DNA of 47,114 nt from Ramlibacter sp. 2FC (GTDB lineage: Bacteria > Pseudomonadota > Gammaproteobacteria > Burkholderiales > Burkholderiaceae_C): positions 1-47,114 of the forward strand of contig CALRZF020000001.1 in assembly GCA_943372585.1 (NCBI GenBank). Direction: 5' to 3'. The notes under the pieces are model-generated. The model did not search any database and was not told the DNA's origin. It was given only the letters and a program-made list of their open reading frames with translations. This document shows positions 34,943 to 44,911 of this stretch, one piece after another (positions within the stretch are counted from its first letter, which is position 1; every line of letters begins with the position of its first letter). A program made the translations under genes and the position numbers.

Positions 34943-34944
34943 CC

Positions 34945-35859
34945 ATGGTCGAGAACGCACGATCCATCAACATCGCCGCTGGCGCGATCCTGCTCGCGGG
35001 CATGGTCTATATCCTGGGGCCGCTTTACCTGACACTGGTCACAGCGTCGCACTCGTTCGAGTTCATCCTGCGCAACGGCCTGACCTGGTACCCGGGCGAC
35101 CAGCTGCTGCACAACCTCCGCCGGATTTTCGACACCCGTATCCCGCTCCAGCTAATCAACAGCATGGTCGTGGCCATGGGCGTGGCTCTGGGGACGTGCG
35201 CACTGTCCTTCCTGTCGGCCTTTGCGATCGTCTACTTCCGCGCGCGCTGGGCGGCCGTGGTGTTTGCACTAATCCTGGCCACCATCATGCTGCCGCTGGA
35301 CATCCGCTTCGTCACTACCTACCAGGTGGCATCCAACGTCCTGTCGCCCCTGAACTGGCTGCTGGACGTGACCGGGCTGAATCTGCTGATCGCCCGGTGG
35401 TGGGGCGCGCCGGTGGAGCTGGAGTACAGCGTGCTGAACACCAACTTCGGGCTGATCGCGCCGCTGGTGGCGCACGGCATGGGCACATTTTTGTTCCGGC
35501 AGTTCTTCCTGACCCTGCCCGACTCGCTGTTCAAGGCTGCCCGTATGGACGGCGCCGGGCCAATCCGCTTCATGTTCGATGTACTGCTGCCGTTGTCAAA
35601 AACCAGCTTCGCGGCCCTGTTCGTACTGACCTTTCTGAGCGGCTGGACGCAGTACCTTTGGCCCTTGGTGGCGGCGTCTTCGCCCGACATGACCACAGCG
35701 GTCGTCGGGCTCGCCCGGCTGGTGCCCGACGTGGACGGCGACATCCCCGACTACCCGCTCATCATGGCGGGCGCCCTGGTCGTTTCCATCATCCCACTGG
35801 CCATGATCGCGTTTCTACAGCGATTCATCGTGCAGGGGCTCGTACTTTCGGAGAAGTAA
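34945..35859 (+). CDS. ugpE: sn-glycerol-3-phosphate ABC transporter permease
   Basis: ..FLFRQFFLTLPDSLFKAARMDGAGPIRFMFDVLLPLSKTSFAALFVLTFLSGWTQYLWPL.. and the C-terminal ..RFIVQGLVLSEK parallel E. coli UgpE (..RAFVRGLVDSEK). Confidence 0.85.
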   Translation: MVENARSINIAAGAILLAGMVYILGPLYLTLVTASHSFEFILRNGLTWYPGDQLLHNLRRIFDTRIPLQLINSMVVAMGVALGTCALSFLSAFAIVYFRARWAAVVFALILATIMLPLDIRFVTTYQVASNVLSPLNWLLDVTGLNLLIARWWGAPVELEYSVLNTNFGLIAPLVAHGMGTFLFRQFFLTLPDSLFKAARMDGAGPIRFMFDVLLPLSKTSFAALFVLTFLSGWTQYLWPLVAASSPDMTTAVVGLARLVPDVDGDIPDYPLIMAGALVVSIIPLAMIAFLQRFIVQGLVLSEK

Positions 35860-36957
<1,098 letters not shown>

Positions 36958-36978
36958 ACAGATGAAGTGGAGAACGTC

Positions 36979-37743
36979 ATGAACAGGTTGCAAGGCAAGG
37001 TCGCCCTGGTCACGGGCTCGACGGCGGGCATCGGCCGCGCGATCGCGGAGCTGTATGCAGAGGAAGGCGCGCGGGTGGTGCTGAACAGCCACATCGAGGA
37101 CGGCGACGCACGCGCGTTATGCGCGCGCCTGGGCCCGGACACCGCGCATTTCATCCAGGCAGACATCGCTGACGGCGGGGCGGTCGATGCGATGGTGCGG
37201 CAGGCTATCGACCGTTTTGGCTCGGTCGACGTCCTGGTCAACAACGCGGGCGTGGACGTGTTCGCGGACCCGCTGACGATGACGCCAGCGCAGTGGCGGC
37301 GCTGCTTTGAGATCGACCTGGAAGGCGCCTGGAACTGCTGCCGCGCGGTGCTGCCGGGCATGCTCGCACGGTCGGCGGGCGCCATCGTCAATATCGCCTC
37401 GGTTCATGGGCACCGCATCATTCCCGGATGTTTCCCCTATCCGGTGGCCAAGCATGCGCTGATCGGATTGACCCGTTCCCTGGCCATCGAATACGCAGCA
37501 CGTGGCGTGCGGGTCAACTCCATCTCTCCAGGGCTGATCCTGACCGAACGCGTACAGTCGTGGCTCGACGGGCTCACGCCCGAGGTCGCCCGGCGCCAAG
37601 CCGACCTCTTGCCGTGCAAGCGGATCGGCACGCCGCGCGAGGTGGCATACACCGCGCTATTCCTGGCCAGCGACGAGGCGCGGTTCATCAACGCAAGCGA
37701 CATCCTTATAGACGGCGGACGCTCGCAGCTATACCACGAGTAG
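36979..37743 (+). CDS. short-chain dehydrogenase/reductase (SDR)
   Basis: ATG 36979 with GGAGAA SD. TGSTAGIGRA cofactor motif, NNAG, and the catalytic S..YxxxK region (ASVHG.. YPVAKHAL). Confidence 0.88.
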   Translation: MNRLQGKVALVTGSTAGIGRAIAELYAEEGARVVLNSHIEDGDARALCARLGPDTAHFIQADIADGGAVDAMVRQAIDRFGSVDVLVNNAGVDVFADPLTMTPAQWRRCFEIDLEGAWNCCRAVLPGMLARSAGAIVNIASVHGHRIIPGCFPYPVAKHALIGLTRSLAIEYAARGVRVNSISPGLILTERVQSWLDGLTPEVARRQADLLPCKRIGTPREVAYTALFLASDEARFINASDILIDGGRSQLYHE

Positions 37744-37826
37744 CGCCGCGTCGGGGTGTTCGCATGTGCTGAACGCCCCGGTCCGCACGTACATGACGGT
37801 CCCGGACAAAACTTGACAAATCCGCC

Positions 37827-38159
37827 ATGTCTAATTCCGTGAACATCGCAAGGATTGATCTGATTTCCATCCATTTGGTGGTGCTGTGCGCCGACAGCGG
37901 GAGCCTGGGCGCCGCCGCCAAGGTCGCCCACATGTCCAAGTCGGCAGCAAGCCAGCGCCTGGCCAGCCTGGAATCCGCCTTGGGAACGCCCCTGTTCCAC
38001 CGCGACCCACGCGGCCTACAGCCCACCCAGGCGGGCGTGGACTTTACGCACCGCGGCCGCACCATCCTCAACGAGGTACGCCAGCTCAGCAACCACCTTT
38101 CAACGATGCAAATGGATAGGGAAATAGATCGTTATGTAGCGCCAGACCGACGCCGTTAA
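37827..38159 (+). pseudogene. LysR-family regulator truncated after the HTH/linker helix
   Basis: A normal LysR N-terminus runs through ..GRTILNEVRQLSNHLST (about residue 93), followed by unrelated MQMDREIDRYVAPDRRR-stop. No co-inducer-binding domain follows in any frame. Confidence 0.65.
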
Positions 38160-38187
38160 GCAGCGACGTACACCCACTAACCCGGTT

Positions 38188-38208
38188 TGTGTTTTCTCTG
38201 AAAACACA
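38188..38208. promoter_or_regulatory. perfect palindrome TGTGTTTTC-TCT-GAAAACACA upstream of the porin gene
   Basis: Read directly. 9-bp arms, centre about 75 nt upstream of the porin ATG (38273). A second small palindrome, ACCGG-TGAAT-CCGGT, lies at 38221-38235. Confidence 0.45.
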
Positions 38209-38272
38209 TAACTTTGCGCTACCGGTGAATCCGGTTCATTTCATTAACTTCCCCATAAGGATAGAACTTCAT

Positions 38273-39343
38273 ATGAAGAAGACCTTCGTTTCTCTGGCGG
38301 TGCTCGCCGCGGCTGGCGCCGCCTGTGCCCAGTCGTCCGTCACGCTGTTCGGCGTGGTGGACGCGACCCTGGCTTTCGGCAAGGGCAGCATCGCCGACCG
38401 CACCCGCCTGACCAACTCCGGCTACAACAGCTCGCGCATGGGCTTTCGCGGGGCAGAGGACTTGGGCGGCGGCATGTCCGCGTCGTTCTGGCTGGAGGCG
38501 GGCATCGCCAATGACGACGGCACCGGCGGTTCCACCAACACGAACAACCAGGCGTCGGGCGCCGCGCTGGCCGGGCTCAACGGTGGCCAGGGGCTCACGT
38601 TCAACCGCCGCTCGACCGTGTCGCTGGCGGGCGGCTGGGGCGAGCTGCGCCTGGGGCGCGACTACACGCCGCAGTTCCACAATATCAGCACCTTCGACCC
38701 ATTCGGCACGAACGGTCTGGGCACGGCACAGACCCTGAACTCCATCATCACCGGCGTCACGTCCGTGCGTGCGTCCAACAGCGTGGGGTATTTCCTGCCC
38801 GCGAGCCTGGGCGGCGTGTACGGCCAGGCACAATTCTGGCTGGGCGAGAACGCGCAGAACGGCGCGGCGACTGAGGACGACGGCAAGGGCGTGGGCGTGC
38901 GGGTGGGCTATGCCGCCGGCCAGCTGAACGTCGCGATCGCGCTCAGCCGCACGAGCTATGCCGCGGGCGACGTGCGCCAGAACAACATCGGCGCGCAATG
39001 GGACTTCGGCGTCGCCAAGCTGATCGGCCACATCACCCGCGACCGCAGCGGCACGACGGACGGCACGGGCTACCTGGTGGGCGGGCATATCCCGTTAGGC
39101 GCCCATCTGGTGCGACTGTCATATTCGCAGTATCGCGCGGAGCCTGGCGGCGCGGCACCCCAGCCCCGCACCCGCAAACTGGCGCTCGGCTACATCCACA
39201 ACCTGTCCAAGCGCACGGCCTTGTACGCCACCTTTGCGCAGGCCCGCAACAGCGGCGGCGCCAGCCATGCTCTGAACGGAGCGACCACGGCCGCCAACGC
39301 GTCGTCCACTGGCTACGACTTCGGGATCCGTCACAACTTCTGA
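38273..39343 (+). CDS. Gram-negative porin (OmpC-like, Burkholderiales type)
   Basis: MKKTFVSLAVLAAAGAACAQSSVTLFGVVDATL.. signal plus first beta-strand, ..GFRGAEDLGGGMSASFWLE.., C-terminal ..YDFGIRHNF. The track start 38189 is an extension. Confidence 0.9.
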   Translation: MKKTFVSLAVLAAAGAACAQSSVTLFGVVDATLAFGKGSIADRTRLTNSGYNSSRMGFRGAEDLGGGMSASFWLEAGIANDDGTGGSTNTNNQASGAALAGLNGGQGLTFNRRSTVSLAGGWGELRLGRDYTPQFHNISTFDPFGTNGLGTAQTLNSIITGVTSVRASNSVGYFLPASLGGVYGQAQFWLGENAQNGAATEDDGKGVGVRVGYAAGQLNVAIALSRTSYAAGDVRQNNIGAQWDFGVAKLIGHITRDRSGTTDGTGYLVGGHIPLGAHLVRLSYSQYRAEPGGAAPQPRTRKLALGYIHNLSKRTALYATFAQARNSGGASHALNGATTAANASSTGYDFGIRHNF

Positions 39344-39366
39344 TCATCACCTTCTACACGTGTTCT

Positions 39367-39407
39367 GATCGGCAGTCACATGCAAGTTTCTCCGCCGATC
39401 TTTTTTT
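39367..39407 (+). terminator. hairpin GATCGGC..GCCGATC followed by T7
   Basis: 7-bp stem (39367-39373 / 39394-39400), a 20-nt loop, then TTTTTTT (39401-39407). Lies 24 nt after the porin stop. Confidence 0.5.
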
Positions 39408-39409
39408 AG

Positions 39410-39440
39410 CCCCGGAACAGGAAGTTCCGGGGGGTTTTTT
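39410..39440 (+). terminator. rho-independent terminator
   Basis: CCCCGGAAC (39410-39418) / GTTCCGGGG (39424-39432), a 9-bp perfect stem with a 5-nt loop, then GGTTTTTT. Confidence 0.8.
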
Positions 39441-39549
39441 GTTCCGTGCAAGCGAATCGATTCACCGACTGCTGGATGATGTCTGCTAGTGGCCGAAAGA
39501 GGACCTCCGGCATTGGAGGGTGCTGCCAGTGATCCCAGAGGGTCGCCGA

Positions 39550-39852
39550 CTACGCGCTCACGCACAGCTTGTCTGAGAGCGCAATCGTCATTTCAGTCTG
39601 ATGGCGCGCTTTCAACTCGGCTTCGAACTGCAAGACCTTGGCAGGCGGTGTCGCGACACAAGTCGAAATCAGAACACGTGCAGGCTTGGCCCGAACGACT
39701 TCATCCACCACAGGCGTAGCGAGCGGCGACTTGAAGCTGCCAACGTGGTATGCATCTGGCGTAATGATGACCTCGATCAGCGGCGACTGCGCACCCACGC
39801 AAAATGACGTCAAAGACAAGGCAAGCAAGTGCAAGCGTGGGACCATCTTCAT
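39550..39852 (-). CDS. small secreted hypothetical protein (100 aa)
   Basis: Within track ORF 39550..39972, internal ATG 39852 gives MKMVPRLHLLALSLTSFCVGAQS|P, a plausible signal peptide. No family recognised. Confidence 0.4.
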   Translation of the reverse strand: MKMVPRLHLLALSLTSFCVGAQSPLIEVIITPDAYHVGSFKSPLATPVVDEVVRAKPARVLISTCVATPPAKVLQFEAELKARHQTEMTIALSDKLCVSA

Positions 39853-40007
39853 GAGCAGCTCCTGAGCGGCATGGATGCGCATCGCATGCCGGTCATCATA
39901 GCGAGCCCACATCATCGATAGGCTCTTCTGGCTAAGCAGCGTAGTGAGCACTCGGGACGTCGCCAGGATCAAAGATCCGCAGGGAGCTTAGACGGCGCGT
40001 CTATTGC

Positions 40008-40100
40008 GATGTCCGCTTTCGCAGGTTTGCGGCTGGTCATTGTCGAAATTGGTACGTCTAGCCCTGTTCTCGGACGTCTTCTGCTGGCCAGAAGCAGAAG
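40008..40100. repeat. REP-like element related to 16613-16691
   Basis: The 14-mer GATGTCCGCTTTCG (40008-40021) is identical to 16665-16678. GGCCAGAAGCAGAAG (40086-40100) resembles GGCCGCAAGCAGACG (16623-16637). Local hairpin CTTCTGC (40078-40084) / GCAGAAG (40094-40100). Confidence 0.4.
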
Positions 40101-40155
40101 TCGCACTTAAAAAAAGGGAGCAGTGGTGACGTCGCTATCGACAAGCAAGCAAGAG

Positions 40156-40190
40156 AAAAAAAAGAGGCCGGCGCTTGCTTCGCCGGCCCC
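40156..40190 (-). terminator. rho-independent terminator of the minus-strand porin gene
   Basis: GGCCGGCG (40166-40173) / CGCCGGCC (40181-40188), an 8-bp stem. On the minus strand it is followed by TCTTTTTTTT (A-run 40156-40163 on plus). Confidence 0.8.
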
Positions 40191-40254
40191 AACTACCTTG
40201 GAGACTCAACCTTTTTGTTATCACCTACGGCCGCTGCATTCGAACCGAGCGCGC

Positions 40255-41334
40255 TCAGAAAGAGTGACGCACTCCCAAATCCAGGCCGGACGACGACTGG
40301 TTGGGACCGGTGGTTGCGCCGTTCAGGGCGGCTGTGGCACCACCGCTGTTGCGTACACGCGCGTACGTACCGTACAGCGCGGTGCGCTTGGACAGGTGGT
40401 GCACGTAGCCGAGAGAAATCTTCTTCGTCTCCGGAGTACCGGCCGCACTGGTTTTGTAGCTTGAGTACTGCGCCTTGACCTCGCCAGCACCCATCCGCCA
40501 TATGCCACCGATTTGCGGGCCGCGGCCGGTCACACCCGCCACGGTGCTGACGCGGTCTCGATAGTAGCCGCCCATCAAGCTGAAGACGCCGATGTCCCAT
40601 CGACCGCCGATGTTAGTCGCAGTTATATCCCCTGTGGTGGCCGTACTCGCGTATTGCGTTCTGGCGTGCGCCACAGCCACGTTGAACCGGCCGCTGCGCC
40701 AGCCAAGCCGAACACCGGCACCCGTGCCGTCATCCTCGGTCGCGCCAGCATTGCTGGCGTTCTCGCCCAGGTAATACTGGGCTTCACCGTACAGGCCGCC
40801 CAGATTCGGCGGCAGGAAATACATGATGGCATTCGACACGCGTGTGCTGACCTGGCCGCCCAGCGTGCCGACCTGGGTCTGCGAGGTACCCACGCCGTTG
40901 TTTCCAAAGGGGTCGAAGTCGCCGCGGTTGTAGTACTGCACCGAGAAATCCCGGCCCAGCCGCACCTCACCGAAGCCCCCCGAGAGGCTCACGGTGGAGC
41001 GGCGGCCGAACAGCAAGCCCTGCCCGCCGGCCAGTGCGGGGGCCACGCCGCTGTTCTGGTTGTTGGTATTGGTGGTCTGGCCGGTGCCGTTGTCCACCAG
41101 GAAGCCCGACTCCAGCCAGAAAGACGCCGACAGGCCGCCGCCCAGGTCCTCTACACCGCGAAAGCCGATGCGCGACGTGCCCAGGCCATTGGCTCCGAGC
41201 TGCGTGCGGTCCGCGACGCTGCCACTGCCACGCTGGAACGTCGCGTCGGCCACGCCAAACAAGGTCACTGACGACTGCGCGTAGGCACTGATCGCGCCCA
41301 ACGCCATGGCGCTTATGAAAATTTTCTTCTTCAT
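40255..41334 (-). CDS. Gram-negative porin (OmpC-like), paralog of 38273-39343
   Basis: MKKKIFISAMALGAISAYAQSSVTLFGVADATF.., ..GFRGVEDLGGGLSASFWLE.., C-terminal ..LDLGVRHSF. Confidence 0.9.
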   Translation of the reverse strand: MKKKIFISAMALGAISAYAQSSVTLFGVADATFQRGSGSVADRTQLGANGLGTSRIGFRGVEDLGGGLSASFWLESGFLVDNGTGQTTNTNNQNSGVAPALAGGQGLLFGRRSTVSLSGGFGEVRLGRDFSVQYYNRGDFDPFGNNGVGTSQTQVGTLGGQVSTRVSNAIMYFLPPNLGGLYGEAQYYLGENASNAGATEDDGTGAGVRLGWRSGRFNVAVAHARTQYASTATTGDITATNIGGRWDIGVFSLMGGYYRDRVSTVAGVTGRGPQIGGIWRMGAGEVKAQYSSYKTSAAGTPETKKISLGYVHHLSKRTALYGTYARVRNSGGATAALNGATTGPNQSSSGLDLGVRHSF

Positions 41335-41383
41335 CCAATATCTCCAACCAGGTTTGATCGTTTAAAAATTCATCGATTTATCC

Positions 41384-41402
41384 GATGTGATCTCTTCACA
41401 TC
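41384..41402. promoter_or_regulatory. CRP/FNR-like palindrome GATGTGA-TCTCT-TCACATC upstream of the porin gene
   Basis: Read directly. 7-bp perfect arms containing TGTGA/TCACA, centre about 59 nt upstream of the porin ATG (41334). GATGTGAT is repeated at 41405-41412. Tandem ATGAATCG at 41411-41418 and 41420-41427. Confidence 0.45.
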
Positions 41403-41476
41403 TGGATGTGATGAATCGTATGAATCGAGCCGATCCAACTCTGTCGGATTGCCGACAATCGCGTGGCGTCAATGCG

Positions 41477-42202
41477 TCAGTTTTCTAAAGCCGATGCAAA
41501 TTTCTGAAGCGCGAAAACATCCTTCACTTCAACACGGCTGTATCGCGTGCTGAGAAAACCCTGGGCGGCCAATGAACGCAGGATCTGATTGACCGTCTGC
41601 CTGGAAAATCCCACAAGCTCCGCGATGTCTTCCTGCTTGACTTCGAGAGAGCTCACACCGTCGCAGCCCAGCTCTCGCGCGAGGTCGGCGACAACCCGCG
41701 CCACCAGCGCGCTCTTGGAACGGGTTCGCCCGCCATCGATACGCTCCATCAACCGGCGATGTTGATAACTGGTTTGCCTGAGGACGAATCCGCAGAACTG
41801 GATATTGCTGATCAGGAGCCGCTGGAACACCCCACTGGGCATGATCAGAAGGAGGCTGTCAGCCATCGCCACAACGTCATGCAATCGCGGAGCGTTCTGC
41901 ACAAGCTCCTCGCCGTTGATCCACTGGGATTGCCCAGCCAGCAGGTAACTGGATACCTTTCCCTCAATGTCCGAAGCGCTCGCCTTGAGCAACCCCTGGA
42001 CAACACCGGCCCAGTGTTCAGGCACTGCACCCCGTCGCCCGGCTATTGCGCCGGCCGCGAGGCTGCGGAGGCTGCATGCCTGCAAGACCAGTTGCTGTTG
42101 CTCGTCAGAAAGAAGGCTGAACCAGGGGGCAGCTACTGCCTGTTGCCGCGCCGCCGCCTGGTCTTTCCAGCAACTCTTGAGCGACCGCACCTCGCACAGC
42201 AA
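41477..42202 (-). CDS. Crp/Fnr-family transcriptional regulator
   Basis: N-terminal cNMP-binding-like barrel and C-terminal HTH QEDIAELVGFSRQTVNQILRSLAAQGFL. TTG start 7 nt after the Bug gene stop; start uncertain. Confidence 0.8.
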   Translation of the reverse strand: MLCEVRSLKSCWKDQAAARQQAVAAPWFSLLSDEQQQLVLQACSLRSLAAGAIAGRRGAVPEHWAGVVQGLLKASASDIEGKVSSYLLAGQSQWINGEELVQNAPRLHDVVAMADSLLLIMPSGVFQRLLISNIQFCGFVLRQTSYQHRRLMERIDGGRTRSKSALVARVVADLARELGCDGVSSLEVKQEDIAELVGFSRQTVNQILRSLAAQGFLSTRYSRVEVKDVFALQKFASALEN

Positions 42203-42208
42203 GATCGC

Positions 42209-43168
42209 TCAGTCCATCTGGATGTTTGCCTTCTGAATCACCGGCGCCCAAACCTTGGTCTCCTGCTCCATCAGCCTTGCCGATTCGGCGGAGTTCCTTG
42301 CGAACGGAACTGCGCCTTGGCCGGCGAGCCGCGTTGCAAAATCTTTCTCGTTTGCAATGGCCAACACGGTGTCCTGGAGAAGTTTCACAACCGCGGCGGG
42401 CGTGCCCGTCGGCGTCATGATTCCGTACCAGGAATCCAGTACGACATCCTTGACCCCGCCTTCGGTAAAGGTGAGGACATCAGGAATCGCAGCCGCACGG
42501 GTGCCGGATGCGATACCCAGCAGCCGTACCTTTCCGGCCTTGGCGAAAGGAAGCACGTTCGGAAGATTCACGAAAAGAGCGTTGATCACGCCAGACTGCA
42601 AGTCCGTGGCCGCCAGCGCAGCGCCCTTGTACGGAACGTGCGTCATTTGAACGTTGGCGCGGTCTTCGAATATTTCGCCGACCAGATGGTTGATCGACCC
42701 GACACCCGAAGACCCGTAAGTCAATGCTTTCGGATTGGCCTTCGCATAAGCCACAAACTCCGCCATGTTCCGGGCAGGCGTGGTCATGGAAACCGCCAGC
42801 ACGTTGGGAACAGATGCAAACGTGGCGACCGTGACAAACGCCTTGGCACCATCGAAGGGCAGTTTCTTGTAAAGCAAGGGCTGCACAATTTGCCCCTGAG
42901 TTCCCACCAGCAAGGTGTACCCATCAGGCTGCGCCTTGGCCACGTACGCCGATCCGATCGTGCCGCCTGCGCCGGCGCGGTTGTCGACAATAACCGGCGT
43001 GCCCAGCCTGTTGGACATCCGTTCCGCGATGAGACGGCCCATCACGTCGACCCCACCGCCGGGCGCGAAGGGCACCACCAGCGTGACGGGTTTGTTCGGA
43101 TAGCCTTGGGCGTTAGCGGCAAGCGAAAACATCAGCGCAACCATCGTTGCGGCAAATTTCTTGAACAT
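42209..43168 (-). CDS. Bug-family (TctC-like) tripartite tricarboxylate transporter substrate-binding protein
   Basis: Signal peptide, then QGYPNKPVTLVVPFAPGGGVDVMGRLIAERMS..GTPVIVDNRAGAGGTIG..KAQPDGYTLLVG, the hallmark Bug N-terminus. Confidence 0.9.
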   Translation of the reverse strand: MFKKFAATMVALMFSLAANAQGYPNKPVTLVVPFAPGGGVDVMGRLIAERMSNRLGTPVIVDNRAGAGGTIGSAYVAKAQPDGYTLLVGTQGQIVQPLLYKKLPFDGAKAFVTVATFASVPNVLAVSMTTPARNMAEFVAYAKANPKALTYGSSGVGSINHLVGEIFEDRANVQMTHVPYKGAALAATDLQSGVINALFVNLPNVLPFAKAGKVRLLGIASGTRAAAIPDVLTFTEGGVKDVVLDSWYGIMTPTGTPAAVVKLLQDTVLAIANEKDFATRLAGQGAVPFARNSAESARLMEQETKVWAPVIQKANIQMD

Positions 43169-43232
43169 TTTTTTAACCTTCCGGATTTGTGACCGAGTTG
43201 ATTTTCAGCGTCTGTTAAGAAGTGGAACCCGC

Positions 43233-44783
43233 TTAGCTGGCCATGCTGTTCTCCTCTTGTGCGAGGTTGATCAGCACTTTCGCCGAGTCCTGCCGTGCCG
43301 CGGCCGCTGCATTGACCTGCAGGTGCCGCATCGCGAGCCACTGGTTTTGCTCCTGGACGGTGAGTTCTGCCAGGGCAATGAGCGAGGCGATCTGGCCAGG
43401 CGCCGCTCCGCCTTCGGACAGGCGCGTCTGCACGAAAGCGCGCGCGTCCAGGCAACTGCGGATTTGATCCGTCGGCAAACCCGGGTCGGATATCCCCAGT
43501 GCCTGTGCCGCATCGGCAACCAGCTCACTGGTGACGTCCTGAACGCCAACGCTTCGGTCAATGCAGGTCCGCACCAGCCGCGCTACGACGCTATGGGCTT
43601 CGCGAAACGACAAATTGCCGTCCCTCACCATTTGGTCGGCCAGGTTGGTGGCAGTGGACCAGTGCGCATCCGCCGCGCGTGCCATGTTCTTCTCGTGAAC
43701 CGTCAGGCTTGCCAGAATGGCTTCCATGAGTTTCAGGCTGCCGTCGGTTGAACTGAAAGCCTCGTCCAGCAAAGGCACCTCGCGCATCACCACGTCACCG
43801 GTTCCTTCAGCGCGGAATGTGGCCAGGGCCGATGCCAACCAGGTGGTGGCACCTCCGGCGGCAAACTTCACAGCTTCCAGACCTGCGGGGTTTTTCTTCT
43901 GCGGAAAAATGGAGCTCGTTCCGCAGAACTCGTCGGCTGTCTCGACAAACCCGAATTCGTGGCTCGACCACAGGTGAAGGTCTGTCGCCAGGTCGTTCAG
44001 AGTTGCCATGACAAACGACAGGGCGGCCGCGACTTCGGCGGCGTAGTAGGCTTCGCGCGCCAATTTGGAGTTCGTGACCAGCCCGTCAAAACCCAGCAGT
44101 TCGGTGGTCAACGCCCTGTTGATCGGCCATGATGTGCCTGACAGTCCCGCCGCACCCAGGGGGTTCAGGTTCAGCCGTGCATAAGCCGCGCGAAGCCGGT
44201 CGAAATCATCCGAGAGCTTGGTGCTGAACGACAGCAGATAGTGTCCGAAGGTGGTGGGATGCGCGTGCTGCATGCAGGTATAGCCTGGCATCACGGTGCC
44301 GGTGTGGCGCGCTGCTACGCCCAGAATCACCTCTTGCACGCCCATGAGGCTGTCCAGCACCTTCAGCAGATGGCGCCGCTTGTACAGTCGGCGAACTGTC
44401 GGGCCCTGGTCCAGGCGGCTGCGGCCGGTATGCATACGACCCCCCACCGATTCGCCGATACGTTGGAACAGGTAGGCCTCCACCTGCAGCAGGAAGCTGC
44501 CCTGCGCCGGATCAAGCGGAAAGTGGTCGGCACCCAAGGTGGCGATTTCCTGCAACGTGGCCAGTATGAGCCCGGCATGTGCGGGCTCCAGAATGCCCTG
44601 CTGTGCCAGCATGATCGTGTGCGCGACGTCCACTTGCAGGTACTCGTCGAACTGCCGGATCTCCCGCGCGAGATGGGGTGCTTCATACAACGCCACCATC
44701 AGCGCCGAGGGAACTGCGGCCAGCCGCGCTTCGACCAGCGCTCGGCCGACCGGCGGTGTGTTGTTGAGAAGCGGGGAAGCCAT
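43233..44783 (-). CDS. argininosuccinate-lyase-family (fumarate lyase superfamily) protein
   Basis: ..GGRMHTGRSRLDQ.., ..GYTCMQHAHPTTFGHYL.. and the signature loop GTSSIFPQKKNPAGLE. 516 aa, longer than typical ArgH. Confidence 0.85.
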   Translation of the reverse strand: MASPLLNNTPPVGRALVEARLAAVPSALMVALYEAPHLAREIRQFDEYLQVDVAHTIMLAQQGILEPAHAGLILATLQEIATLGADHFPLDPAQGSFLLQVEAYLFQRIGESVGGRMHTGRSRLDQGPTVRRLYKRRHLLKVLDSLMGVQEVILGVAARHTGTVMPGYTCMQHAHPTTFGHYLLSFSTKLSDDFDRLRAAYARLNLNPLGAAGLSGTSWPINRALTTELLGFDGLVTNSKLAREAYYAAEVAAALSFVMATLNDLATDLHLWSSHEFGFVETADEFCGTSSIFPQKKNPAGLEAVKFAAGGATTWLASALATFRAEGTGDVVMREVPLLDEAFSSTDGSLKLMEAILASLTVHEKNMARAADAHWSTATNLADQMVRDGNLSFREAHSVVARLVRTCIDRSVGVQDVTSELVADAAQALGISDPGLPTDQIRSCLDARAFVQTRLSEGGAAPGQIASLIALAELTVQEQNQWLAMRHLQVNAAAAARQDSAKVLINLAQEENSMAS

Positions 44784-44871
44784 TGATTTCCTTCAGAAGA
44801 CTCATTCAAAGAGGATGAACGCGATGTCCGGTGCAATGTACGATTCACGCAATAATCCGTCCAATTGATTC

Positions 44872-44886
44872 CGCGACGATGTCGCG
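44872..44886. promoter_or_regulatory. palindrome CGCGAC-GAT-GTCGCG in the divergent LysR/lyase intergenic region
   Basis: Read directly. 6-bp perfect arms, 26-40 nt upstream of the LysR ATG (44912). Confidence 0.35.
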
Positions 44887-44911
44887 ATAAGTTCCACTGA
44901 TGAGGTGCGAT

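Noticed and set aside
37752-37785. Hairpin CGGGGTGTTC..GAACGCCCCG after the SDR gene, considered as a terminator.
   Set aside because: One mismatch in the stem and no downstream T-run, so I cannot call it a rho-independent terminator with confidence.
39453-39462. 10-bp perfect palindrome GAATCGATTC, and a CCTCC..GGAGG hairpin (about 39511-39526), in the spacer after the first porin.
   Set aside because: Short palindromes of this size are expected by chance in about 100 kb of two-strand sequence. There is no associated gene start or repeat partner.
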